Assembly: GCA_949743955.1 (NCBI GenBank)
Contig: CATJVQ010000036.1
Location: forward strand, 8,433 to 72,432
Length of the DNA: 64,000 nt
DNA from: an uncultured Oscillospiraceae bacterium
GTDB taxonomy: Bacteria > Bacillota > Clostridia > Oscillospirales > Ruminococcaceae
Direction of reading: 5' to 3'
Part shown: positions 1 through 8,930 of the stretch, piece after piece
Layout: every line of letters starts with the position of its first letter
Numbering within the stretch: the first letter of the stretch is position 1
The notes under the pieces: generated by a model
Seen by the model: the letters and a program-made list of their open reading frames with translations, nothing else
What the model was told of the DNA's origin: nothing
Databases searched by the model: none
Made by a program: the position numbers and the translations under genes

Positions 1-101
1 CCGCTTCTCTCCTTCGACGGAGGGAACATCCCGCCGGAAGGGCGCGACATCTCCGTCTCCTGCTGGCACCGGATCGTCTCTCCGTCGGACATCGGTTCTA
101 T

Positions 102-875
102 CTAATGCCGGTCGCGCGTGTAAATCAGGTTTAAGCCATCAAGAGTGAGGGTGCGGTCGAGGGCATGGAAGAGGCCGGGCTGCTGCTCGTCAATCAGGCG
201 GGAGAGGCCGCCCGTGGCAATCACCCGCGCGGGCGCGCCCAGCTCCTCCCGGATGCGCCCCACGATTTTTTCCACCGCCCCGACATACCCGAACATCATG
301 CCGGCCTGCATGCTCGCCGCCGTATTGCGCCCGATGACGGAATCCACCTTTACCAGCTCCACGCGCGGGAGCTTGGCTGTCTTTTCAAAGAGCGCCCCTA
401 TCGCTATCTTAACGCCCGGATAGATAGCGCCGCCGAGATACGACCCGTCCGCCGAGACCACGTCGAACGTGGTGGCGGTGCCGAAATCGACGACAATGAG
501 CGGCCCGCCGTATTTGGCGTAGGCCGCCTCGGCGTTCACCAGCCGGTCCGCTCCCACCTCGCGGGGGTTATCGTAGCGGTTTTCGATGGAACAGAAAATA
601 TTTTCCCCGACGATCAGCGGTGTCTTCCCCACATATTTTTTCATCGCATTGCTCACGGAGTACATCATCTGCGGCACGACCGAGGCGATGATCACGTCCG
701 ACAGGCCGTTTCTGTCGATGCCGTTGATAGAGAAAAACTGCATCAGCAGCAGCCCGATTTCGTCGGACGTACTGTCGCGGTTCGTCCCTAGGCGGAAGCG
801 CGCGGCGCTCTCATTCTCCCGGTAGACGCCGAACTCCATATTGGTATTGCCGATGTCGACTGCAAGCAGCATCAT
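102..875 (-). CDS. coaX: Type III pantothenate kinase
   Basis: N-terminal LAVDIGNTN, GADR and IVVDFGTATTFD motifs, C-terminal TGG...LTLDGL; 257 aa. Confidence 0.95.
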   Translation of the reverse strand: MMLLAVDIGNTNMEFGVYRENESAARFRLGTNRDSTSDEIGLLLMQFFSINGIDRNGLSDVIIASVVPQMMYSVSNAMKKYVGKTPLIVGENIFCSIENRYDNPREVGADRLVNAEAAYAKYGGPLIVVDFGTATTFDVVSADGSYLGGAIYPGVKIAIGALFEKTAKLPRVELVKVDSVIGRNTAASMQAGMMFGYVGAVEKIVGRIREELGAPARVIATGGLSRLIDEQQPGLFHALDRTLTLDGLNLIYTRDRH

Positions 876-921
876 CGGATTCCCCCTTTCGGTTTCATTC
901 TACCCTACAGGAAGCCGCTCG

Positions 922-1980
922 TCAAGCGCCCGGGAAGCGGCGGCGTCCGGTTTTTATCATCGTGTGCTCGGCGGCGAGCAGGGCGCAAAAGGGCCAGAAC
1001 AGCGGATCCAGCAGGAAGCTCTCATGTCCGGCAAAAAACGCGCGGGTAAACGCCATCCCCAGCACGCCCAGATAAATCATCGACACCCCGCGCCGCTCCA
1101 GAAAAAGCATGAACACGAAGTAGCTCGCACAGAGCCAAACCGCCAGCCCCAGCGCAAAGCGAACCACTCCGCCGTTGAGAAGGTCGGCGAGGAGGAAATT
1201 CTGCACTCCCTGCCCTGCGGTGAAGCTCAAATCGTATCCGCTGCCGCGGCCGAGAAGGATTTCCGGTGTGAGATACCCCTCAAGCTGCCCCACGGCCGAA
1301 CGCATGATGTCTCCGCGCGGCAGGGCTGCGGCCGGAGCCGCCAGCGCTCCCCATTGGGCGCACCGCCACACTGCCGGGACCATCAGCCCGGCGGCGGCTG
1401 TTCCCACCACCGCCTTGAACACCCGGTTATACTGAGCCGAGAGGAAAAAGACCGCGCCCGTATAGAGCCCCGCCGCGACAGTGCGGATCATGCCCCGGCT
1501 GTCGGCAATCGGGAAGCCCGCGAGCGCATACGCCGCTCCCGCCATCCCGGACGCTGCCGTGCAGATGATCAGGTTATCCACCTCGTCGGCGCTGCCGGCA
1601 TAGAAGAGTATCCCCAGCCAGATCACCGCCCCGCCCATGGGGATCAGCCATCCGGCGAATATCTGCGCCTTGAGGGGAGAATAACTGAGATTTAAGAGCG
1701 CGCAGCAGAAGTACGCCCCCACCAGCGCCGCGAGCGCCGCGCATCCCGACAGCCGCTGCCGCAGCATCGGGCGGATCCTCGCCGGGCGCCCGCCGAAACG
1801 CAGCGACGCTTCAAGCACAATGAACACGGTTAAGAGCAGCATCGCCGGGAGGAGAAGGGCCTTCCCTGTCTCCATGGGCAGGGCGGGCAGAACGGTCAGA
1901 TACAGGAATATAAACAGGCACAGGCTGCCCCCCAGCGCTTTGTGGCACAGCCGTCCCGGATTCTGCGACTGTTCTCGCAT
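922..1980 (-). CDS. Polytopic membrane protein, weakly O-antigen ligase/Wzy_C-like
   Basis: Many hydrophobic segments; C-terminal LLGRGSG...NFLLADLLNGG resembles the ligase loop. Start moved from 2121 to ATG 1980 (SD GAAAGGA). Confidence 0.55.
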   Translation of the reverse strand: MREQSQNPGRLCHKALGGSLCLFIFLYLTVLPALPMETGKALLLPAMLLLTVFIVLEASLRFGGRPARIRPMLRQRLSGCAALAALVGAYFCCALLNLSYSPLKAQIFAGWLIPMGGAVIWLGILFYAGSADEVDNLIICTAASGMAGAAYALAGFPIADSRGMIRTVAAGLYTGAVFFLSAQYNRVFKAVVGTAAAGLMVPAVWRCAQWGALAAPAAALPRGDIMRSAVGQLEGYLTPEILLGRGSGYDLSFTAGQGVQNFLLADLLNGGVVRFALGLAVWLCASYFVFMLFLERRGVSMIYLGVLGMAFTRAFFAGHESFLLDPLFWPFCALLAAEHTMIKTGRRRFPGA

Positions 1981-2154
1981 CAGTGTCTCATCCTTTCCGC
2001 GGGCAGAACGCCCGATTTTCCAAACTTTAGTATTGCTTGTTTGGCGGATGAGTATGCGGCGGGATAACGCTTTTGCGCCCATATCGGGCCGGCGGCCTGC
2101 CACCAGTTTTCTGACCGGCAAAGCTCTGCCCGCGAAAAGCCGGTAAAAAAGGGC

Positions 2155-2185
2155 TTGACATTCCCATGATGTGAAGGTCTATACT
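2155..2185 (+). promoter_or_regulatory. MerR-type promoter with 19-bp spacer and operator dyad
   Basis: TTGACA (2155-2160), 19 bp, TATACT (2180-2185); imperfect dyad ACATTCCCAT-G-ATGTGAAGGT overlapping -35 and spacer. Confidence 0.85.
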
Positions 2186-2228
2186 GTGTTTCGGAACCGG
2201 TTCCCACAATCAATCAAGGAGGTTTGTC

Positions 2229-3017
2229 ATGCTGACCATCGGCGACTTTTCCCGGCTGAGCCGTGTCACGCCCCGGATGCTGCGCCACTACGACGCCATA
2301 GGCCTGCTCCGCCCGGATGCGGTGGGCGAAAATGGCTACCGCTACTACCGGCAGGAACAGCTTTCCGTCCTAGTGCGCATCCAGTGGTTAAAGGGGTACG
2401 GCTTTTCCCTGAGCGAGATTGGACCCCTGCTTGCTCTGGACGACGCTCATCTTGCGCAGCATCTCCGGCAGCGGCGTCTCGCGCTTTATCAGGAGCTCGG
2501 CGCACAGCAGGACCGGATCCGCCTGATTGAAGCGGACATCCTCCGCATGGAGGGAACAAAAGTGATCGACACATCCTATCGCGTTATTCTATTGGAAGAT
2601 CCCGAACAGAAGGTCTTTTCCATCCGTGAGACCATCGGCATTAAGCAGTACCACGAATTCTTTAACCGGCTGCGCCGGGAGGCCGGAGAAAGAGGGCTCA
2701 AGCAAGCAGGGCCCATCCAGATGCTCTACCACTCCCCGAATTTCAGCCATGAGAGCTCCGATGTTGAGGCCCAGATGGTCGTGGCGCAGGACGGCCCCGG
2801 CGTCCGGGTGAAGCCCGCCTGTACCTGCGCCGCCGTACAGCACAGGGGATCCTATGAAAACCTGCATCTGGCCTATGAAGCGCTGTGCGCCTGGCTGGCG
2901 GAACACACGGAGTATCGGGTCTGCGGCCCGGCGATGGACCGCTATCTCAACGATCCCCACGATACGCCCCCCGATCAGCTGGAAACCGGCGTCCTGTTCC
3001 CGGTGGAACTCGTATAA
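2229..3017 (+). CDS. MerR-family regulator with C-terminal GyrI-like ligand-binding domain (BmrR-like)
   Basis: MLTIGDFSRLSRVTPRMLRHYDAIGLL..NGYRYY HTH; C-terminal HRGSYENL..AYEAL..W GyrI-like motif. Confidence 0.9.
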   Translation: MLTIGDFSRLSRVTPRMLRHYDAIGLLRPDAVGENGYRYYRQEQLSVLVRIQWLKGYGFSLSEIGPLLALDDAHLAQHLRQRRLALYQELGAQQDRIRLIEADILRMEGTKVIDTSYRVILLEDPEQKVFSIRETIGIKQYHEFFNRLRREAGERGLKQAGPIQMLYHSPNFSHESSDVEAQMVVAQDGPGVRVKPACTCAAVQHRGSYENLHLAYEALCAWLAEHTEYRVCGPAMDRYLNDPHDTPPDQLETGVLFPVELV

Positions 3018-3024
3018 GCGGGCA

Positions 3025-3050
3025 AAGAGGCGGCCATTCGGCCGCCTCTT
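3025..3050. terminator. Hairpin terminator between convergent merR and gmrSD genes
   Basis: Perfect 11-bp stem AAGAGGCGGCC/GGCCGCCTCTT with a 4-nt loop. Confidence 0.8.
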
Positions 3051-3053
3051 CCT

Positions 3054-5552
3054 TTACGCTCCGGTGATGTACGGAACAATGACATCATAGAATTTTTTGC
3101 TCCACTCCGCGTGGAACCGGGACATCTGTAACCAGTCCACCTCGTTCTCTATGCTGACGCCGGAGAGCTGGCAGTACACTTTTGAAGAGGTGATCTCATC
3201 GCCCCTGTTCCAGTGCAGGCCGATTCCCAGAGCGCTCTCAATCTCCGGTTTATGGGATGCCAGGCTGTCAAAGGCCCTCTTGTTCTCCTCCCTGTCCGGC
3301 TTGCCAAATACAACCTCCACACGGGCTGCATCGTAATTTGCGACACAGCAGAGATAGAAGCCGCCGACACCGAAGAAGCCGTTTATCCAGTTCTCTCTGG
3401 ACGGGCTGACATTCGCGAACGATCCGTCTTTCCCATGCGCTTCCTTAATCGCCGGGAGGGCATACGTCCAGTATCTTCTCCGCAGCTCCTGGCGGCTTCC
3501 CGGTTCGTCGGCATTCGGCTCGTTATCGTCCCGGAGATAGAACACCAGGCCGGCCGGGTCCTCATCGTACAGCTTAAACAGGCGGCTCAGCACGGAGAGC
3601 TTGCTCTGTGTGCTGGTATTCGTCCACACATAGATGCCGTCGCCGACTTCCTGGCACTTTGCAAAGGCGTCCGGGCCGATTCCGAAGTGAAACGCGAGAT
3701 TGTCCTCCTCTGAAACCGCCAGCTTCGTGATGATGGTTCTGTCCTCCTCATACAAAATCCGGATGACTTTCTGGAACATCTCCACCCAGCTCGCAACCGG
3801 CTGCTCCGTATTCTTAAAGGCAAAGCGCGCGATCAGGCGGCCGGTCAGCTCCGCATCGTCCTCCAGCGTGCAAGAGTCCATCTGCTTTTCCTTCGGCCGG
3901 AAATCTGTCGCGGGCATCGGCCAGATGGTCAGCGCCCTTCCGGTCAGGTATTCGCTGCGCTCCTCCAGCTCCGCCAACGTCCATTTCTCCTTCTTCGCTA
4001 CCCATGTGTTCATGCGGATGCCGGCGTCCTCAAAGCCGTTCGGCATGGTCTTCTTTTCGGTAAAGGAGCTGTTGCTGTACTTCGCGTTGTATGCGGTCAG
4101 CGTCAGGTTCGCGATTCTGTGCAGCCACTGCTCATGGATCCGCTCATAATCGCCGCCGAGGTCCTTCTGCCACACCGGCGTCAGATGCTGCGGCATGATA
4201 TGTTCAATGGAATAGGTTCCATCGTCACAGTGGCGGTAGACATCCTTGTCCTCCGCCGTCCCGAAATTTTCCAGGCGCTCAAGAATATAGATCTTGTTCT
4301 TGCTGTTCATGAGATAGACCGGCCGCTCCGCGAACGCGGCGGAAAATTCCGCATCGTCCGGAAAACGGGCGCGCTCCTTTTTGGACAGGAGAGCATATTT
4401 AAACTTCTCCACGTAATTTTCTTCGGCGCCGTCGTAACGCATGATCTCGCGGTGCAGCATCAGGAAGATTTTATTTAAGGCGTTGGTCGGCAGATCGCAG
4501 ATGCTCCGGCGGAACAGGTAGTTCTCCGTGGTCAGGAAAATTTCCGTAACCTGTGAGAGCGTCAGCGCACTTTCATCGTACAGACGGAACACCTCGAGGA
4601 AGAAGGGCCTTGTCACCGTCGTCTCTAGCCGGTTCAGGCGGAAAATGCAGGCGTCGAGCACGGAGCTTCCGGTTTTGCCGTCCAGAAGGAGCTGATAGCG
4701 TTTGGCGTATTTCAGCATCTCGTCCAGAAGCGGTTCGGTCTGTAGGCCGCCAATCTCCACATAGTCCTTGAAGGTCGTGTATACCTTCTTCTGCTGAGCG
4801 ATCGCCTGCTGCTTCACACTGAGATAATCCCGGATGAACGAGCTCACGTCATATTTTGTACAGACCTCGATCTTATTCCAGTACTTCTCATAGTACGCGT
4901 TCTGCTGCCGGGACGGCAGGCCCATCAGGATAAAGTTCCTGATTTTATCGCCCTCGCTCAGGTCGAGGCCCGTGGAATTCAGGCTCTCGAAAATGAGCTG
5001 CGGGTTATCCTCCATATCCAGCCGGATGTTGATGATCTCAAGGCGGCAGACAGCGTCATAGAGCTCGTCGAGCGTAATCTCCTGCTTCTGAATCTGGTTG
5101 TAGAAGTAATCGTAATTCACTGTCAGGTTCGATTCCCGGATATGTTCCGCAGGATCGGAAAAGAGCCTCCCGAAAGCCTCCTGATCGTTTTTGACCGGCT
5201 TGAGTTTTATCCGAGTGTCCTCCGGCTGCCATTTATCGACAAGATACTCCTCATAAATGCGCTGCTTCAGATTCGCCGTCTCCGGCGTCAGGACGCCCTT
5301 ATCCATCAGGTTATACATGGCGAGGAACAGCAAGGAAACCGTGGTCAGCCGCTGCTGTCCGTCGATCACCAAGAACTCCTCGCCATGGCCGTCCGGGTTA
5401 TAGACCGAAACGAGGCTGCCGAAAAAATGGCTCCTTCTGCGGTGTTTGACAATTTTCACAAGATCGTCATAAAGCTGCTTGCAGTTTTCCGTTTTCCAGT
5501 CGTAGTTTCTCTGGTAGACCGGGATGACAAAGCGCTTGTCCGATCCCTCCAT
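3054..5552 (-). CDS. GmrSD-type (type IV) restriction protein: DUF262 + DUF1524/HNH + C-terminal DUF4268-like domain
   Basis: IPVYQRNYDW, DGQQRLTT and FESLNSTG (DUF262); SIEHIMPQ...IANLTL..N (DUF1524); C-terminal RYW...ENW domain. Start may lie 11 codons upstream. Confidence 0.85.
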   Translation of the reverse strand: MEGSDKRFVIPVYQRNYDWKTENCKQLYDDLVKIVKHRRRSHFFGSLVSVYNPDGHGEEFLVIDGQQRLTTVSLLFLAMYNLMDKGVLTPETANLKQRIYEEYLVDKWQPEDTRIKLKPVKNDQEAFGRLFSDPAEHIRESNLTVNYDYFYNQIQKQEITLDELYDAVCRLEIINIRLDMEDNPQLIFESLNSTGLDLSEGDKIRNFILMGLPSRQQNAYYEKYWNKIEVCTKYDVSSFIRDYLSVKQQAIAQQKKVYTTFKDYVEIGGLQTEPLLDEMLKYAKRYQLLLDGKTGSSVLDACIFRLNRLETTVTRPFFLEVFRLYDESALTLSQVTEIFLTTENYLFRRSICDLPTNALNKIFLMLHREIMRYDGAEENYVEKFKYALLSKKERARFPDDAEFSAAFAERPVYLMNSKNKIYILERLENFGTAEDKDVYRHCDDGTYSIEHIMPQHLTPVWQKDLGGDYERIHEQWLHRIANLTLTAYNAKYSNSSFTEKKTMPNGFEDAGIRMNTWVAKKEKWTLAELEERSEYLTGRALTIWPMPATDFRPKEKQMDSCTLEDDAELTGRLIARFAFKNTEQPVASWVEMFQKVIRILYEEDRTIITKLAVSEEDNLAFHFGIGPDAFAKCQEVGDGIYVWTNTSTQSKLSVLSRLFKLYDEDPAGLVFYLRDDNEPNADEPGSRQELRRRYWTYALPAIKEAHGKDGSFANVSPSRENWINGFFGVGGFYLCCVANYDAARVEVVFGKPDREENKRAFDSLASHKPEIESALGIGLHWNRGDEITSSKVYCQLSGVSIENEVDWLQMSRFHAEWSKKFYDVIVPYITGA

Positions 5553-5624
5553 AAATTTTACGAATCTGCACTCTGAACCTTTTATAATGACACCCGCTCT
5601 CTTTTTTCTGTCGTCGGTCCCGAT

Positions 5625-6341
5625 TTAACTCTGCTTCTCCGTCAGCGTCCAGCCAAAATCGCCGTGATAGATCATCTGCCGGGTCATGCCGCCGTCCACA
5701 CAGATGTTTTCTCCAGTGATGAATCCGGCCTTCTCCGAGCAGAGAAACAGCACAAGATGGGCGATATCCAGCGGGCTCCCCACTCGTCCGGCCGGCTGCT
5801 GCACCGCGTCCGGCCCCTCATAGGCGGTGAACGACGTGTCGATCCAGCCCGGGGAAATGGAATTGACCCGCACCCTTCCCGCCAGACTGACCGCCAGCGC
5901 ATGGGTCAAGGCGGCGATGCCGCCCTTCGCGGCCGTGTAGCTCTCCGTCTGCGGCTGGCTCATCCGGTCGCGGGACGAGGAGATGTTCACAATCGACGCG
6001 CCGGGCGCGAAGTACGGCAGGAGGAGCTTTGTCAGGTAAAAGGGCGCACTCACGCCCACGCGCAGGGCGTAATTAAATTCGTCATAGGTACATTCGTCGA
6101 TCCCCTTCATCAGCGGGAGCGCGTTGTTCACCAGAAAATCCAACCGGCCATACTCGGCGGCCAGCTTCTCCGTGAAGCGGAGTATCGTCTCCTCCTGTGC
6201 TAGATCGCCCGTGAAATAACCGCCCGGCTGGCGATCGATGACACAGACTGCCGCGCCCGCCTTCTCAAACTCCTCCGCGATGGTTTTCCCGATCCCCTGA
6301 ACGCCGCCAGTAACGACAGCGACTTTATTTTGAAAATCCAC
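5625..6341 (-). CDS. SDR-family oxidoreductase
   Basis: VVTGGVQGIG, NNA, YTAAK, RVNSISPG; likely GTG start at 6341. Confidence 0.9.
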   Translation of the reverse strand: MDFQNKVAVVTGGVQGIGKTIAEEFEKAGAAVCVIDRQPGGYFTGDLAQEETILRFTEKLAAEYGRLDFLVNNALPLMKGIDECTYDEFNYALRVGVSAPFYLTKLLLPYFAPGASIVNISSSRDRMSQPQTESYTAAKGGIAALTHALAVSLAGRVRVNSISPGWIDTSFTAYEGPDAVQQPAGRVGSPLDIAHLVLFLCSEKAGFITGENICVDGGMTRQMIYHGDFGWTLTEKQS

Positions 6342-6450
6342 CAAAATCCCCCCTGTCCTCATTCGCTATTTTCAGCATAACACAGAAAGCGGAAAAAAGC
6401 TACACAAAATGCGGTTACTCGATACTAGCGTACTTTCTTTTAGCTCCGTC

Positions 6451-6478
6451 TTGCGATTTTGCGCAGATGTGCTATAAT
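6451..6478 (+). promoter_or_regulatory. Sigma-A-type promoter for the GNAT-nucleoside hydrolase operon
   Basis: TTGCGA-16 bp-TATAAT with an extended -10 TG. Confidence 0.6.
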
Positions 6479-6536
6479 GCCCATGGAAGGAACCGCAGAG
6501 AAACGGCATCCGAGCAAAACCTATGGAGGAGAATCC

Positions 6537-7103
6537 ATGAATACTGTCATCATCCGCAGCGCGGCACTGGCAGACGCGGCGCGCATCCTGGAAATCTTCG
6601 CCTATTACATCGAGCACACGGCGATTTCTTTTGATTACGAGGTCCCGTCCCTCCCGGCGTTTGAATGCCGCATGGAGAATATAATGAAGCGATATCCCTA
6701 TCTTGCCGCCGAAGTGGACGGGGTTGTCATGGGTTACGCGTACGCGGGCGCTTTTGTGGGGCGGGCGGCGTACGGCTGGGCGTGCGAAGTGACCATCTAT
6801 CTGGATCCCGCCGCACGAAAACGCGGTCTGGGCCGGAAGCTCTACGAGGCGCTTGAAGCGCGGCTGCGGGACATGGGGATCCTGAATCTGTATGCCTGCA
6901 TCGGTTGTCCGGAGGAGGACGACGAATACCTCAGCCAAAACAGCGCCCAGTTTCACGCACACCTCGGCTTTTCGGAGGTTGGGCGGTTTTCAAACTGCGG
7001 CTATAAATTCGGGCGCTGGTACCACATGATCTGGATGGAGAAAATCATCGGCAAGCACCGGCCCAGCCAGCCGCCGGTACGGTTTTTGGACAGCGAATCT
7101 TAA
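6537..7103 (+). CDS. GNAT N-acetyltransferase (phosphinothricin acetyltransferase/YncA-like)
   Basis: TAISF..EVP, GYAYA, TIYLDP..RKRGLGRKLY, FH..LGF, GYKFGRWY; ATG 6537 after GGAGGA. Confidence 0.88.
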   Translation: MNTVIIRSAALADAARILEIFAYYIEHTAISFDYEVPSLPAFECRMENIMKRYPYLAAEVDGVVMGYAYAGAFVGRAAYGWACEVTIYLDPAARKRGLGRKLYEALEARLRDMGILNLYACIGCPEEDDEYLSQNSAQFHAHLGFSEVGRFSNCGYKFGRWYHMIWMEKIIGKHRPSQPPVRFLDSES

Positions 7104-7118
7104 CAGAAGGGATAAACA

Positions 7119-8036
7119 ATGAGGAATTATACATATCGGGTGCCGAACGAGAAGAAGATCCGCTATATCATCCACACGGACTGTAAAAACGAAGCGGACG
7201 ATCAATTCACCGTGATCCACGCGCTGATGACAGATAAGCTGGATATTAGGGGCATTATCGCGGGACATTTTGACCGCGGGAACCGCGGCCGCTTTCCGGA
7301 GCACGCCACCGCGGACGCCAGCTATGCGGAAATCGAAAAGCTGCTCCGCCTCTCCGGAGCGGAAGGCGTCCCCGTCTGGATGGGCTCCAACCTCCCCCTG
7401 CGGGACAAGCACACCCCCATTGAGTCGGAGGGGGCGCGGCGAATCATTGAGGAAGCGATGAGGGAGGATGAGCGCCCCCTCTATATCGGGATGCAGGGAG
7501 CAATCACCGACCTCGCCTGCGCCCTCCTGATGGAGCCCCGGATCGCCGGGCGGATGACCTGTATCTGGATAGGCGGCGGGGACTATCCGGACGGCGGGGA
7601 GGAGTTCAATCTCTCCCAGGATATCCTGGCGGCGCGCGTCGTCTTCGCCTCAGAGATGCCGCTGTGGCAGGTGCCGAAATCTGTCTACAAGCAGTTCGCC
7701 GTCTCGCTCGCGGAGCTGGAGGTCAAGGTCCGGCCTTGCGGGGAGATCGGGCGGTATCTGTATGAACAGATGCTGGATCTCAACCAGGCCCTCGCCCAAA
7801 ACCGGACATGGCCGCACGGTGAGACCTGGGGGCTCGGGGATGAAGGCTGTATCTGCGCGCTCCTCGAAGAGGCCGAACGGAAGGACGGCTATACCCTCAT
7901 GGACGCTCCTCTGATTCTGGACGACATGCGCTACGCTCCCGGCCGCGGCGGCCGGAAGATCCGCGTCTATCACCGGATGGATGTCCGCTTGGATCTGGAG
8001 GATTTTTTCGCCAAGCTCCAGCTCAATTTCCGCTGA
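7119..8036 (+). CDS. Nucleoside hydrolase (IUNH family)
   Basis: N-terminal HTDCKNEADDQF Asp-rich motif, WIGGG..EFN..QD. Confidence 0.8.
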   Translation: MRNYTYRVPNEKKIRYIIHTDCKNEADDQFTVIHALMTDKLDIRGIIAGHFDRGNRGRFPEHATADASYAEIEKLLRLSGAEGVPVWMGSNLPLRDKHTPIESEGARRIIEEAMREDERPLYIGMQGAITDLACALLMEPRIAGRMTCIWIGGGDYPDGGEEFNLSQDILAARVVFASEMPLWQVPKSVYKQFAVSLAELEVKVRPCGEIGRYLYEQMLDLNQALAQNRTWPHGETWGLGDEGCICALLEEAERKDGYTLMDAPLILDDMRYAPGRGGRKIRVYHRMDVRLDLEDFFAKLQLNFR

Positions 8037-8045
8037 CAGATATTT

Positions 8046-8086
8046 TCGCTCCCTCTTTTTTCTTGAAAGGAGGGAGCGATTTTGTT
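8046..8086 (+). terminator. Intrinsic terminator after the nucleoside hydrolase gene
   Basis: 10-bp stem TCGCTCCCTC/GAGGGAGCGA followed by TTTTGTT. Confidence 0.75.
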
Positions 8087-8091
8087 ATACT
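8063..8091 (+). promoter_or_regulatory. Sigma-A-type promoter for the methyltransferase, embedded in the terminator
   Basis: TTGAAA-17 bp-TATACT with an extended -10 TG. Confidence 0.65.
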
Positions 8092-8163
8092 AGCGTCGTC
8101 CCCAAACCTCATAGGCGCCCATATCGGCCGCCATATATCCTATCATATAAAGGAGAAAACAAA

Positions 8164-8847
8164 ATGCAGGACAGACTCGAAGAAATGAGCGCCTTTTTTA
8201 ACGCGCGCGCGGAGGAATACGATGTCCGCCACACCGGCGGCATCGACGCAGGGGAGGAAAGCAAGCGCCTCCTCGCGTCGTTCCTGCCCGAAGGGACCCG
8301 GACGCTCCTCGATCTGGGTGTCGGGACGGGGCTGGAGCTTGTGGAGGTTTTCCACCGGTTTCCGGACATTTCGGTCACGGGCATCGACGGCGCCCCCAAA
8401 ATGCTCGATAAACTCCGCGAACGTTTCCCGAATCAGGAGATCCGCATTCTTTGCGGCGACTACCTCGCCGCTGATTTCGGCTCCGGCTGCTATGACGCCG
8501 TTCTCACAGCGATGACGCTCCACCATTATACGCACGCTGTCAAGCTGGCTCTCTACAAACGGATCTATGACGCGCTGACGGACACAGGTGTCTATCTGGA
8601 AAACGACTTCATGCTCTCCGCCTCGGAATTTCCCGATCCGCAGCGGGAGGAAGAGCGGCTCTTCGCCGAATACGAGGCGCTCAAGCGGGAACAGCACCTC
8701 CCGGGCGGCGCCTACTACCATTTCGATACCCCCTGCACAGTGGACAATCAGATAAAGCTGCTGCTTGCGGCCGGATTCGCCCGTGTGGAGGAGGTGTGGG
8801 GGGTGAGGAACAACATCACCCTGCGCGCATACAAACAGGAGGTATAA
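8164..8847 (+). CDS. Class I SAM-dependent methyltransferase
   Basis: LLDLGVGTG motif I, GID, LHH; ATG 8164 after AAAGGAG. Confidence 0.88.
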   Translation: MQDRLEEMSAFFNARAEEYDVRHTGGIDAGEESKRLLASFLPEGTRTLLDLGVGTGLELVEVFHRFPDISVTGIDGAPKMLDKLRERFPNQEIRILCGDYLAADFGSGCYDAVLTAMTLHHYTHAVKLALYKRIYDALTDTGVYLENDFMLSASEFPDPQREEERLFAEYEALKREQHLPGGAYYHFDTPCTVDNQIKLLLAAGFARVEEVWGVRNNITLRAYKQEV

Positions 8848-8874
8848 CCGTTAACGCCTGCGCCCTAGTGAAAA

Positions 8875-8916
8875 GGCGAGGTCTGCGGCTCCCAAACGGG
8901 ATCTGCAGACCTCGCC
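8875..8916. terminator. Bidirectional terminator between convergent genes
   Basis: 12-bp inverted repeat GGCGAGGTCTGC/GCAGACCTCGCC flanked by A and T runs. Confidence 0.75.
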
Positions 8917-8930
8917 ATTTTTCTGTGATT

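Noticed and set aside
1-92. Possible start of a minus-strand gene after coaX (ATG at 92)
   Set aside because: Only 30 codons are visible, with no SD or motif; cannot be supported.
841-1695. 284-aa plus-strand ORF
   Set aside because: Antisense shadow of the membrane-protein gene; no motifs, composition typical of GC-rich reverse frames.
8115-8127. GCGCCCATATCGG shared with about 2075-2087
   Set aside because: A single 13-bp GC-rich match with no symmetric or positional logic; probably chance.
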